Below, piece by piece: positions 26,111-35,875 of a stretch of 64,000 nt of DNA (the stretch's first letter is position 1; each line of letters starts with the position of its first letter). A model generated the notes under the pieces. That model saw nothing but the letters and a program-made list of their open reading frames with translations. It had not been told where the DNA came from and searched no databases. The position numbers and the translations under genes are program-made. This DNA is from Deltaproteobacteria bacterium (GTDB taxonomy: Bacteria; Desulfobacterota; Dissulfuribacteria; Dissulfuribacterales; UBA3076), in contig PQXD01000011.1 of the NCBI GenBank assembly GCA_003194485.1, positions 6,093 through 70,092 on the forward strand, read 5' to 3'.

Positions 26111-26179
26111 TACCTTTTCAATCAACAATAGTTTAAGATAATATGTAACTGTTTGCGGATGGAAACTTGAAATTGGAAA

Positions 26180-26582
26180 GTAAATATTCGGTGAACCCGT
26201 TATATCCTGCCTTGAAGCGGTTACCTTTTTCCGGGTTTCAAAGCTCACTCATCGCAGACCGGAGAGGCAGTGCAATCCGGCCCGCTACCCAAAACCCCGA
26301 AAAAAGGCAAACCGCTCCTGCGGCAGGGGGCACGGATGGCAACCGTTCACTGGAGGGGATATTTCTTTGAACAGTTTAACGGAAGCCCCCGTAGTTTTCT
26401 CGGCTTTTGCTGTGGGGAAAACTGCATCGCCTGAGCGCAGCGTAAGGCGAATGCAGAGGGGGCAGGACATCCCCCATGTCAAAGGCCTTAAGAAAACAAG
26501 GGGCTGAAGTGTGAAGTGAAAAGAAATATCCCCTTCCCGTGAACGGTTTGCGGAATGGACTACGGGTTCACCGGATATTTAC
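26180..26582 (+). mobile_element. MITE copy D, 403-bp composite (long) form
   Basis: The outer TIRs are those of the family. Perfect TSD ATTGGAAA at 26172-26179 and 26583-26590. An extra ~205-bp internal segment is bounded by inside-out TIR-like inverted repeats (26343-26365 and 26523-26546). Confidence 0.9.
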
Positions 26583-26627
26583 ATTGGAAATCCGTGTATG
26601 TGAATGAGATTAAGGAGTTGCCATTTA

Positions 26628-26903
26628 ATGACTGATTTGGAAAAGTTGCGTATCCTTCTTCCCCACTGGATTAACCACAACCAGGAACACATAGCAGAGT
26701 TCAAGAGGTGGGCTGAGTTATGTAAAGATTCAGACAACATCCGTCTGGCAGAAGCATTCAAAAAGGCGATAAACACCTCTGAACAGGTAACGAGAGAGTT
26801 GCAATATGCCTTGGATCTGGCCGGAGGTCCCGTTGAGGGTCCGGAACGCCATGGCCATCACTACGGACATGGTCATACTCATCACGAACATGGAAGGGAT
26901 TAA
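26628..26903 (+). CDS. Small hypothetical protein with a His-rich C-terminal tail
   Basis: The ATG at 26628 lies 10 nt after an AAGGAG. The C-terminus is ..PERHGHHYGHGHTHHEHGRD. Its stop overlaps the thrC start. Confidence 0.6.
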   Translation: MTDLEKLRILLPHWINHNQEHIAEFKRWAELCKDSDNIRLAEAFKKAINTSEQVTRELQYALDLAGGPVEGPERHGHHYGHGHTHHEHGRD

Positions 26904-28300
26904 TGAGATACATAAGCACCCGCGGAGGAATTGATCCTGTATCCTTCACAGAGGCCGTAATGATGGGTCTTGCTGCAGACGGAGGGCTGTTATTGCCGGA
27001 TCCCATCCCATCTTTGGATTCCGCGACTATTGACGCATGGAAGGGCCTGAGTTATCCGGAGCTTGCCTTGGAGGTCATGAGCCTCTTTGTTGATGATCTT
27101 TCAGACAAAGAGCTTGGAGCCCTCATCAGCGATGCCTATATCAAATTTGATACGCCTGAAGTCACCCCTGTTGTTAAAGTCGGCAAACACTATATCCTGG
27201 AGCTCTTTCATGGGCCCACTCTGGCCTTTAAGGACATTGCCCTGCAAGTTCTGGGAAATCTCTTTTCTTATCTTCTTAAGGAATCAGGTAAAAAAATGAA
27301 CATCCTCGGCGCCACTTCCGGAGATACAGGCAGTGCCGCTATCTATGGGGTCAAAGGAAAGGATAATATTAACATCTTTATACTCCATCCCCAGGGACGG
27401 GTGAGTAAGATACAGGCCCTCCAGATGACCACTGTGCCGGAGAAAAATGTCTTTAATATCGGAGTGCAAGGCACCTTTGATGACTGTCAGGCCATAGTCA
27501 AGGCCATATTCAATCAGCTTGATTTCAAGGCTCGATATCATCTGGGCTCCATCAACTCCATTAATTGGGCCAGGGTCCTTGCTCAGGTCGTATATTACGT
27601 CTATGCCACGCTGAAAGTAAAAGAGCAGACAGGAGACGAATCAGTCAATTTCTCTGTACCAACCGGAAACTTCGGAGACATCTTTGCAGGTTATATAGCA
27701 AAACAGCTTATTCGACCTAATATAAAAAGACTGATCCTTGCCACGAATGAAAACAATATCCTGACCCGTTTTGTCCTCCGGGGCCGCTATACCAAAAGCG
27801 AAGTGATCCCCACCATAAGTCCCTCCATGGATATCCAGGTCGCCAGCAATTTTGAACGTTATCTTTATTACCTGTACAATCAGGAATCCGAAAGGGTAAG
27901 GCAGGCATTTATCCTTCTCGATAAGAAAGACGAAATTATCATTAGCCAGGAGGAACGGTCCCGGGTGAGAAAGGATTTTGCCTCTGCCTCTATAGATCAG
28001 GCCTCAACCATTGCAACTATCAGGGACACGTATAAGGAGACGGGCTATATTCTGGATCCCCACACTGCAGTAGGGGTAGCCGCGGCTGAAAGGCTGGGCC
28101 CTGATCTACCAAAGGGACCCACTATCTGTCTGGCCACCGCACATCCGGCAAAATTTCCTGAGGCTATACGCAAGGCCATAGGCAAGGAACCAGAGCGACC
28201 GGAATCATTAAAGGGAATTGAAAGCAGGCCCAGCAGATGCGAAATTTTACCTGCAGAGGTAAACGCAGTAAAAAACTATATTGTTAAGCAGGCACTTTGA
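26903..28300 (+). CDS. thrC: Threonine synthase
   Basis: MRYISTRG.. and HGPTLAFKD (PLP lysine). 465 aa. Confidence 0.92.
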   Translation: MRYISTRGGIDPVSFTEAVMMGLAADGGLLLPDPIPSLDSATIDAWKGLSYPELALEVMSLFVDDLSDKELGALISDAYIKFDTPEVTPVVKVGKHYILELFHGPTLAFKDIALQVLGNLFSYLLKESGKKMNILGATSGDTGSAAIYGVKGKDNINIFILHPQGRVSKIQALQMTTVPEKNVFNIGVQGTFDDCQAIVKAIFNQLDFKARYHLGSINSINWARVLAQVVYYVYATLKVKEQTGDESVNFSVPTGNFGDIFAGYIAKQLIRPNIKRLILATNENNILTRFVLRGRYTKSEVIPTISPSMDIQVASNFERYLYYLYNQESERVRQAFILLDKKDEIIISQEERSRVRKDFASASIDQASTIATIRDTYKETGYILDPHTAVGVAAAERLGPDLPKGPTICLATAHPAKFPEAIRKAIGKEPERPESLKGIESRPSRCEILPAEVNAVKNYIVKQAL

Positions 28301-28322
28301 CCGATCAAATTCAGCCAAGCAT

Positions 28323-28805
28323 CTAAACCCCGCTATGACCAAAGCCGCCTTCACCCCTTGCGGTTGCAGGTAATGAATCCACTTCTTGCCAGCTTGCATG
28401 CCAGATCCTGGCAAGGATCATCTGGGCTATCCTTTGTTTTCTTTTGATGGTGACAGTCTCCGGGCCAAGATTAATGAGTCCCACTTTTATCTCACCGCGG
28501 TAGTCGGCGTCAATAGTGCCGGGTGCATTTATTACCGTCAGGCCGGATCTGATGGCAAGTCCACTCCTGGGCCGGATCTGGAATTCATAACCATGTGGCA
28601 GGGCTACTGCAAGACCTGTGGGAACAAGACCTATTTCCCCCGGATGCAGGTGGATGTCGTGTTGGATCGCTGCAGCCAAATCCATACCTGCCGATTGCCT
28701 GGTAATATAATGAGGAAGAGGAAGATCAACCGCGTGGGACAGGCGTTTTATCTGTACGACTACAGGCAGTCCTTCCAGTGATCTGATGGACAGAGATTCT
28801 ATCAC
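28323..28805 (-). CDS. dut: dUTP diphosphatase
   Basis: SAGMDL, RPRSGLA, and GTIDADYRGEI motifs. Confidence 0.9.
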   Translation of the reverse strand: MIESLSIRSLEGLPVVVQIKRLSHAVDLPLPHYITRQSAGMDLAAAIQHDIHLHPGEIGLVPTGLAVALPHGYEFQIRPRSGLAIRSGLTVINAPGTIDADYRGEIKVGLINLGPETVTIKRKQRIAQMILARIWHASWQEVDSLPATARGEGGFGHSGV

Positions 28806-28808
28806 ATA

Positions 28809-30095
28809 TTACTCACGAACTGTCCGCAAAGAATTTGTCAACTCCTCAGACCTCCCGGCCTCTTCATCCGGGACCGGCCCTAAACAAACCAGGGCAGGAC
28901 CTTTTTCCAGGCACCGCGTTGCCATCTGCTTTATTTCCTCAGGAGTAACTGCATTAATTTTGCGGATTATTTCATCATAGGAGACGAATTGGCCCAGATT
29001 TATTTCATTTTTTGCCAGAAGCGTCATGCGGCTGTCCGTGCTTTCCGCAGAGAGCAGCAATCCACCCTTGACGTGATCCCTGGCGGCTTCCATCTCATCG
29101 TATTCAACAGATTGATCCGCGAGCTTTTTTAGCTCTCCGTGCATTAACTCAACCACATCTGAAAGCTGTTTGGCAGAGATGCCTGCATAAATTCCCAGCA
29201 TCCCGGTATCCTGAAACGAAGAGAAAAAGGAATAGACTGAGTAGGCAAGTCCCCGCTTTTCTCTTATCTCCTGAAACAGCCGGGAACTCATGGATCCGCC
29301 GAGGATTACGTTAAGCAACAGAGAGGGATAGCGTTGGGGGTCTGAGGAGCTCGGCCCTTCATAACCCATCAGTACGTGAAGCTGTTCCAGGTCCCTTTGG
29401 TAAAATTTGACCCCGAGGTGAGGTACCGCCCTAGAGCGAGATGAACGGCCATTGATAGACGCCAGGTCTCCAAAAAGTTCGCTTATCTTGGCAACAAAAG
29501 GCTCGTGTTCCAGGTTGCCTGCTGCAGCGACCAGGACCTTTGGACCTACATAGGCATTACTCACAAACTCCTTCAAGGTCTGTGGCCTTATTGCGCTGAC
29601 ACTGTCAACAGTACCGAGAATGGATTGCGCAAGGCTGCTTCCGGGCCAGTAAAATCTGTTAAAAAGTTCGTGAATCAACTCATCCGGAGAGTCTTCAAGC
29701 ATACCGATCTCTTGTATTATGACCTGACGTTCTCTTTCCATCTCCTTGTCGTCAAATCTGGAACGGAGAAAAATATCAGAGAATAAATCCAGCAGCCTGT
29801 CCAGATGGATATCCATTACCTTTGCATGGAAGCAGGTGATCTCTTTGGAGGTAAAGGCATTGGAAAAGCCGCCCATCTGGTCAAAGGCCTTGGCGATGTC
29901 CAGGGCGGTACGCCGTTCAGTCCCCTTAAAAATCATATGCTCGATAAAGTGGGAAATGCCCGAGTTACTGGCATCCTCATCCCTGGCGCCTACAATAACC
30001 CACACACCGACTGATACCGAGCGGACATTGGGTATGCGCTCAGTAAGCACGCGAATGCCGTTTGGAAGGACGGATTTATTGTATTGCTGCTTCAC
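28809..30095 (-). CDS. M16-family zinc peptidase (pitrilysin-like)
   Basis: The HFIEHMIFKGT (HxxEH) motif. 428 aa, and it overlaps the pnp stop. Confidence 0.88.
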   Translation of the reverse strand: MKQQYNKSVLPNGIRVLTERIPNVRSVSVGVWVIVGARDEDASNSGISHFIEHMIFKGTERRTALDIAKAFDQMGGFSNAFTSKEITCFHAKVMDIHLDRLLDLFSDIFLRSRFDDKEMERERQVIIQEIGMLEDSPDELIHELFNRFYWPGSSLAQSILGTVDSVSAIRPQTLKEFVSNAYVGPKVLVAAAGNLEHEPFVAKISELFGDLASINGRSSRSRAVPHLGVKFYQRDLEQLHVLMGYEGPSSSDPQRYPSLLLNVILGGSMSSRLFQEIREKRGLAYSVYSFFSSFQDTGMLGIYAGISAKQLSDVVELMHGELKKLADQSVEYDEMEAARDHVKGGLLLSAESTDSRMTLLAKNEINLGQFVSYDEIIRKINAVTPEEIKQMATRCLEKGPALVCLGPVPDEEAGRSEELTNSLRTVRE

Positions 30096-32200
30096 TTTTG
30101 AACAGCAGCTCCCTGCTCATCCATGGCAGCCTTGCGGCTGAGCTTGATCCTGCCTTGTTGATCTATACCTATGACTTTTACAAGGACTTCGTCGCCTTCG
30201 GAAAGTATATCCTTTACATTTTTCACATGCCTGTTCTCCAGTTGAGAAATATGCACCAGACCGTCACAGCCCGGCAATATCTCAACAAAGGCCCCGAAGT
30301 CCATGATCTTTTTTACGGTCCCGAGATAGATATCTCCGACCTCGGCCTCTTTTGTGAGGTCCTTGATCCTTTTTATGGCATCTTCTGCCGCCTCCTCTGA
30401 AGAGGAAAAGATGTTCACCTCGCCTGAATCATCAACGTCTATCTTTACGCCGGTTTCTGCTATTATGCCCCGTATATGCTTTCCGCCCGGGCCAATAAGA
30501 TCCCGGATCTTTTCCGGATTGATATTGAGGGTGATGATCTTAGGTGCATATGGTGAAAGGTCTTTTCTGGGGTGATCTATCACTTTTCTCATCTTGTCCA
30601 GGATATAGAGCCTTGCATCTTTTGCCTGTATAAGCGCCCTGCTCAAAATATCCCGGCTTATCCCTGAAATCTTGATATCCATCTGCAGGGCGGTAATTCC
30701 TTCCTCTGTCCCCGCGACCTTGAAATCCATATCGCCCATGTGGTCTTCATCCCCCAGGATATCAGAGAGTATGATGACATTCCTATTCTCTTTTATAAGG
30801 CCCATGGCCACCCCTGCCACCATATCTCGAACAGGGATGCCGGCATCCATCATGGCAAGCGCCCCGCCGCAAACGGTAGCCATGGAAGATGAGCCGTTGG
30901 ATTCCAGGACATCTGAGACAATTCGAATAGTATATGGAAAATCGTCCGCAGGAGGTACTACTCCGGCCAGTGCCCGTTCCGCCAGCACGCCATGGCCGAT
31001 ATCTCTTCGTGCCGGACCCCTTAGCGGCCTGACTTCGCCTACGCTGTACGGAGTAAAATTATAGTGCAGCATGAAGTGTTTATAACGTTGTCCTGCAGGG
31101 GATTCAATCCTCTGCTCGTCTTCAGAACTGCCAAGGGTTGCCACAGCCAGCACCTGGGTTTCTCCGCGGGTGAAGACCGCTGAGCCGTGGGTACGGGGGA
31201 GTTCTCCCACAGAGCAGGAAATCGGCCTGACTTCTTCAAAAGTCCTGCCGTCAATCCGGCGCTTTTCTTTTATGATCAAAGTACGCATCAGCTCCTTTTC
31301 AAGGTCTTTCAGGCACTCTGATATCTCATGCTCACGACCGGGATGGTCAGCACCCAACGCCTCCTGAACCTCTGTTTTAAGGCGCTTTATTTCCTTGTTT
31401 CGTTCGATTTTGGAAGGTATCTGTATGGCTGCAAGCATCCTCTCCCTGGCGGATTCCCTGACCCTTTTTATAAGCTCGGGGTCCGAATCGGGTTCAGGGA
31501 CAGTCATCTTGGGTTTACCTGCCTTTTCAACGAGCTCATCCTGGAGATCGAACAATGGCGTCAGTGATTCATGACCGAAAAAAATCGCGTCCAGCACTTC
31601 CTGTTCTGAAAGCACTGCTGCCCAACCCTCTACCATGATTATCGCGCTTCTCGTACCTGCAACAATGACGTTAAAATCAGAATTCGATAACTGGGTCCTG
31701 GTGGGATTGGCTATTAATTTGCCTTCCACCCTTCCTACTCTCACGCCGGCAATAGGACCATCAAATGGTATGTCTGAGATACAAAGGGCCGCGGATGCCG
31801 CGGTAATGGCAACTACATCGGGATCGATCTCTGTATCCACGGAAAGCACCGTTGCTATTATCTGGGTATCGAACGCGTATCCATCGGGAAATCTGGGCCG
31901 AAGCGGACGATCTATCAGCCGTGAGGTGAGAGTTTCTTTTTCACTGGGTCTTCCGATCTCCCTGCGGAAATAATTCCCGGGAATGCGGCCTGACCCGTAG
32001 AACATCTCCTGATAGTCTACCATGAGTGGCAGGTAGTCCACTCCCTCCCGCACTTTACCAGAGGTCACCGCTGTCACCAGGACTACGGTTTCCCCCATTC
32101 TGGCCAAAATGGCACCGTTGGCCTGCTTGGCCAGACGTCCCGTCTCAAGGGAGAAGGTCATGTCATTTATCTGTGTCTTTAATTTTATCATCTCAATCAA
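30092..32200 (-). CDS. pnp: Polyribonucleotide nucleotidyltransferase (PNPase)
   Basis: 702 aa with two RNase PH domains, KH, and S1 (..GDIYLGTVKKIMDFGAFVEI..). Confidence 0.95.
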   Translation of the reverse strand: MIEMIKLKTQINDMTFSLETGRLAKQANGAILARMGETVVLVTAVTSGKVREGVDYLPLMVDYQEMFYGSGRIPGNYFRREIGRPSEKETLTSRLIDRPLRPRFPDGYAFDTQIIATVLSVDTEIDPDVVAITAASAALCISDIPFDGPIAGVRVGRVEGKLIANPTRTQLSNSDFNVIVAGTRSAIIMVEGWAAVLSEQEVLDAIFFGHESLTPLFDLQDELVEKAGKPKMTVPEPDSDPELIKRVRESARERMLAAIQIPSKIERNKEIKRLKTEVQEALGADHPGREHEISECLKDLEKELMRTLIIKEKRRIDGRTFEEVRPISCSVGELPRTHGSAVFTRGETQVLAVATLGSSEDEQRIESPAGQRYKHFMLHYNFTPYSVGEVRPLRGPARRDIGHGVLAERALAGVVPPADDFPYTIRIVSDVLESNGSSSMATVCGGALAMMDAGIPVRDMVAGVAMGLIKENRNVIILSDILGDEDHMGDMDFKVAGTEEGITALQMDIKISGISRDILSRALIQAKDARLYILDKMRKVIDHPRKDLSPYAPKIITLNINPEKIRDLIGPGGKHIRGIIAETGVKIDVDDSGEVNIFSSSEEAAEDAIKRIKDLTKEAEVGDIYLGTVKKIMDFGAFVEILPGCDGLVHISQLENRHVKNVKDILSEGDEVLVKVIGIDQQGRIKLSRKAAMDEQGAAVQK

Positions 32201-32284
32201 ACTTTACTCCAATTGGGGCAAAACCCCTCTGAGTTCATACTCCCAGCCTGCCGGCTTCCAGGGAGCATAAATAGTTAAATCGTA

Positions 32285-32554
32285 TCACTTGCGGATTCCC
32301 AATTCCTTTATAACTTTCCTGTACCGCCCCACATCCCGGTTCTTGAGGTAATCGAGCATTCTCCTTCTCTGGCCCACAAGTTTTAACAGGCCGTGTCTTG
32401 AGGCATGATCCTTTTTGTGGATCTTGAAGTGCTCGGTCAGATAGCCGATGCGGGCACTCAACAGGGCTATCTGGACCTCGGGGGAACCGGTGTCGGTTTC
32501 GTGGGTCTGGAAACTTTCTATTATCTCTCTCTTACGTTCCGGATTCAAAACCAC
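32285..32554 (-). CDS. rpsO: 30S ribosomal protein S15
   Basis: ..[36 protein letters not shown].. Confidence 0.95.
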   Translation of the reverse strand: MVLNPERKREIIESFQTHETDTGSPEVQIALLSARIGYLTEHFKIHKKDHASRHGLLKLVGQRRRMLDYLKNRDVGRYRKVIKELGIRK

Positions 32555-32597
32555 CTGTCTCTTCCTCCTTCACCAAATTACTATTTGATCTCTGATT

Positions 32598-33590
32598 CTA
32601 ATCTGCAACAGCACATTTCCCGGGCCAAATTTTTATAGGGCGCAGGATCTTATGGTTATCCGTTTTCAGCACTGTGGGCCATGTCACTACAGACACCAAA
32701 TCTTTTCCCTGAGATCCTGAACCATTCTTTGAGAAAGGCGCCCTGCAAAGAAGAAGCCGCAGATAAGGCAATTCCGGATCTGACTCATGGTCTTGCGACT
32801 CCATCAGCTCTCTGAGCCTGCTCACTAAAATCGGACGTCCATTCCTTAAATCCGCTGCCATATCAATATCTATCTCAATGGCAGGGATGTGGGCCAGTGC
32901 CTTTTCAACAGGAATAAGAACCCCTGAAGGTCCTTTGCTTTCAAGAATTTCATCAAGGGTCTCAATTTTCAATGCCTGCCCTATGTCAAAAGGCCCGCTT
33001 CGAATCCTTTGCAGGCCCTTTACATGAGCACCACAGCCCAGATCAGATCCGAGCTCATTTACAAGTGACCTTACATAGGTACCTTTTGAGCAGTGCACTC
33101 TGAAGTCCACCTCTGGCAGCCTCATTTCAAGGATCTCGAACGAGAATACCTGCACCGGCCTGGATTCCTTTTGGACCATTATTCCCTGACGCGCGAATTT
33201 GTATAACGGTCTTCCTTTATGCTTGGCTGCAGAGAATGGTGGAGGCGGCTGGAAAAGCCTGCCCGTAAATTTTTTGGCTGCGTTTTGCAAAGAGACCAGA
33301 TCAAGGTCCGAAGGTAAGGGCCTTTGTTCCGTGACCCTTCCTGCTGCATCGTAAGTATCGGTAGTCACTCCCAGAAGCATGGTCCCCTGATATACCTTGT
33401 GACCCGCCATAATGAACCGGACGATCTTTGTTGCACGTCCCAGGCATATGGGCAATACACCTGTGGCAAGCGGATCAAGGGTACCCGCATGTCCGGCTTT
33501 TTTGACCTTAAACCTCTTGCGAACTTCCTGAACCATTTGGAAGGAAGTCATGCCGGATGGCTTGTCCATTACCAGGATGCCATCACGCAT
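32598..33590 (-). CDS. truB: tRNA pseudouridine(55) synthase
   Basis: GILVMDKPSGMTS and GHAGTLDPLATG. The start is set to the ATG at 33590 (MRDGILV..), which overlaps the upstream gene by 8 nt. Confidence 0.9.
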   Translation of the reverse strand: MRDGILVMDKPSGMTSFQMVQEVRKRFKVKKAGHAGTLDPLATGVLPICLGRATKIVRFIMAGHKVYQGTMLLGVTTDTYDAAGRVTEQRPLPSDLDLVSLQNAAKKFTGRLFQPPPPFSAAKHKGRPLYKFARQGIMVQKESRPVQVFSFEILEMRLPEVDFRVHCSKGTYVRSLVNELGSDLGCGAHVKGLQRIRSGPFDIGQALKIETLDEILESKGPSGVLIPVEKALAHIPAIEIDIDMAADLRNGRPILVSRLRELMESQDHESDPELPYLRLLLCRAPFSKNGSGSQGKDLVSVVTWPTVLKTDNHKILRPIKIWPGKCAVAD

Positions 33591-34638
33591 CGGCCGTTTC
33601 CGAGTCCTCAAAACAGGCATTTATTTTTTTCAACAGGACCTCTCTGATCTCGGCTGCTGTCCCGGTCTTACGGAAACCTGCTGCATGAAAGTGCCCTCCG
33701 CCTCCGAATTCCTTGGCCAGTTCTGCTACATTAAAGAACGACTTTGACCGCATGCTGACAGATACCTGCCCGGCATGGACCTCTTTTATGAAAATGGCAA
33801 CTTCTACTGTATCTATGCACCGGACATGTCCTACAAAATCCTCTGTGTCGTACTCTGTTGCACCGCAGATACGAAACATCTCCGGAGTGGCCTGGAGAAG
33901 TCCTATCTTGCCATGTCCCTTTACTTCGAGGGTCCTTAATACAAGACCTAAAAGGCGTTGCCTGTGCAAAGAATAATTCTGATAAAGCTTGCTTGCAACG
34001 GCATAGGGATTTGCGCCGTGTGCCACGAGATCGCCAGCCATCCGGAAAGCTGTCTCGTCGGTATTGCTGTGACGGAAACATCCTGTGTCCGACAGTATGG
34101 CGGCATAGAGATTAGTGGAGATGTCTTCTGTTATGGGCCATCCAAGTCCTTTGATGATCCGCATGACTATGGCACCGGTGGCAAAAATGTCTGGAGATAT
34201 ATAAGTGATGCAATGAGGGTGTTTTTTCCCCCGGTTCCGGGTACAGAACTGGGCCTGGCCCAGATGATGATCAAGAACGACAATAATTGAGGCCTGCTCT
34301 ATCAATCTTTGTGCCTGCTTTCCCATCCTGTCGGGCTCGTTGCAATCAAGGACCACCAGGGTAGTATTTTCAGGCAGCGGATTAGCTACTTCACTGACCA
34401 GGTATTGAGAGCCAGGGAGAAATTGAAGTGTATTCGGCACAGGGCCTTCTACAAAAAGGGTCACATCCCTGCCTGCATCCTTAAGGGCAAGACCCAGGCC
34501 CAACAAAGAACCCAGGGCATCTCCATCCGGCTTGACATGACAGGTCAAAAGCAGACGATCGGATGCATTGACAGCATCCACCACTGCCTTCAGTTTCTTG
34601 GTATCCTTGGGTAAAACCCCGGTCTCAGTTGTCTTCAA
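33583..34638 (-). CDS. DHH/DHHA1 phosphoesterase (NrnA-like)
   Basis: HVKPDGDALGS, VVLDHH, and the GGGHFHAAG motifs. Confidence 0.85.
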   Translation of the reverse strand: MKTTETGVLPKDTKKLKAVVDAVNASDRLLLTCHVKPDGDALGSLLGLGLALKDAGRDVTLFVEGPVPNTLQFLPGSQYLVSEVANPLPENTTLVVLDCNEPDRMGKQAQRLIEQASIIVVLDHHLGQAQFCTRNRGKKHPHCITYISPDIFATGAIVMRIIKGLGWPITEDISTNLYAAILSDTGCFRHSNTDETAFRMAGDLVAHGANPYAVASKLYQNYSLHRQRLLGLVLRTLEVKGHGKIGLLQATPEMFRICGATEYDTEDFVGHVRCIDTVEVAIFIKEVHAGQVSVSMRSKSFFNVAELAKEFGGGGHFHAAGFRKTGTAAEIREVLLKKINACFEDSETADA

Positions 34639-35003
34639 TTTTCTACCTGTTGGCCGGTTCGCACACTGGCAAGGAGTCTCTCAATCTTTTCCTGGTAATC
34701 CAGGCTCCGGTCCAGTTGAAAGCGGATCTCAGGTATCCGCCTCAGGTCAAGGCGGTGTCCCAGAATTTGCCGTATGAAGCCTTTAGCCTTATTCAGCCCT
34801 TCCAGCACAGATTCCCTTTCAGACTCACTTCCAAGAACCGAAACGAAAAATCTTGCGTAACAGAGGTCCTCCGAAACCTTTACCTGCATTATGGTCACCA
34901 ATCCATGTACCCTTGGATCCTTGATTTCACTGAGCAGTATGTCTGCCACTTCTTTTCTGAGGAGATCCTCTATTCTTCTGGAACGTGGGAACCCGTGGGG
35001 CAT
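34635..35003 (-). CDS. rbfA: Ribosome-binding factor A
   Basis: ..RRIEDLLRKEVADILLSEIKDPR.. in the canonical position downstream of infB. Confidence 0.9.
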   Translation of the reverse strand: MPHGFPRSRRIEDLLRKEVADILLSEIKDPRVHGLVTIMQVKVSEDLCYARFFVSVLGSESERESVLEGLNKAKGFIRQILGHRLDLRRIPEIRFQLDRSLDYQEKIERLLASVRTGQQVEN

Positions 35004-35018
35004 GATCCTCTTGTCTCC

Positions 35019-35312
35019 TTATTTTCCCATGTGAATAATCTCGATATTTGTGTCAGTAACCTCTACCGGACAAGTTTTTTCTATGAAATCCAAGATCTTG
35101 TCCAGTACAGAGTTGATTGCCGGACGGCTATTTCCTACCGCTGATATTCCTATCTCTGCATTTTGCCATACATCGTGCATGGCTATTTCTGACACAGCCA
35201 CATTGAAACGACTGCCCACCTGCCCGATCAAACTCTTAACCACGCGCCGTTTCCCTTTCAGCGAATGGTTCCCGGGCATTCTTACCCTGAGCTTGATTAT
35301 TCCTACAACCAT
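35019..35312 (-). CDS. DUF503 (YlxP-like) protein
   Basis: MVVGIIKLRVRMPGNHSLKGKRRVVKSL... In the infB-rbfA interval, as in many bacteria. Confidence 0.75.
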   Translation of the reverse strand: MVVGIIKLRVRMPGNHSLKGKRRVVKSLIGQVGSRFNVAVSEIAMHDVWQNAEIGISAVGNSRPAINSVLDKILDFIEKTCPVEVTDTNIEIIHMGK

Positions 35313-35328
35313 TTATCGGCATCCTTCA

Positions 35329-35344
35329 TTCACCGGATATTTAC
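35329..35344. repeat. Solo MITE terminal repeat remnant
   Basis: TTCACCGGATATTTAC is an exact 16-nt match to the family's right TIR, with no element body attached. It lies 17 nt upstream of the DUF503 start. Confidence 0.55.
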
Positions 35345-35356
35345 CACTGGTTTGCA

Positions 35357-35417
35357 CTTTCTTCAAAAAAACGTACATTATCAAATTGAATACGGATGCT
35401 GAAACTGGAAATTCGAA
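35357..35417. repeat. Interspersed repeat family 3, copy 2
   Basis: See 19239-19298. Confidence 0.55.
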
Positions 35418-35469
35418 ATTAGGCAACATATCTGCATCTTTTTGTTTTCCCCAATTTCAAATTTCACAT

Positions 35470-35873
35470 GTAAATATCCGGTGAACCCGTAGTCCATTCC
35501 GCAAACCGTTCACGGGAAGGGGATATTTCTTTTCACTTCACACTTTAGCCCCTTGTTTTCTTAAGGCCTTTGACATGGGGGATGTCCTGCCCCCTCTGCA
35601 TTCGCCTTACGCTGCGCTCAGGCGATGCAGTTTTCCCCACAGCAAAAGCCGAGAAAACTACGGGGGCTTCCGTTAAACTGTTCAAAGAAATATCCCCTCC
35701 AGTGAACGGTTGCCATCCGTGCCCCCTGCCGCAGGAGCGGTTTGCCTTTTTTCGGGGTTTTGGGTAGCGGGCCGGATTGCACTGCCTCTCCGGTCTGCGA
35801 TGAGTGAGCTTTGAAACCCGGAAAAAGGTAACCGCTCCAAGGCAGAATATAACGGGTTCATAAGAATATTTAC
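35470..35873 (-). mobile_element. MITE copy E, 404-bp composite (long) form, inverted relative to copy D
   Basis: The reverse complement differs from copy D at about 6 positions by eye. Perfect TSD TTTCACAT at 35462-35469 and 35874-35881. The right TSD contains the infB stop codon. Confidence 0.9.
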
Positions 35874-35875
35874 TT

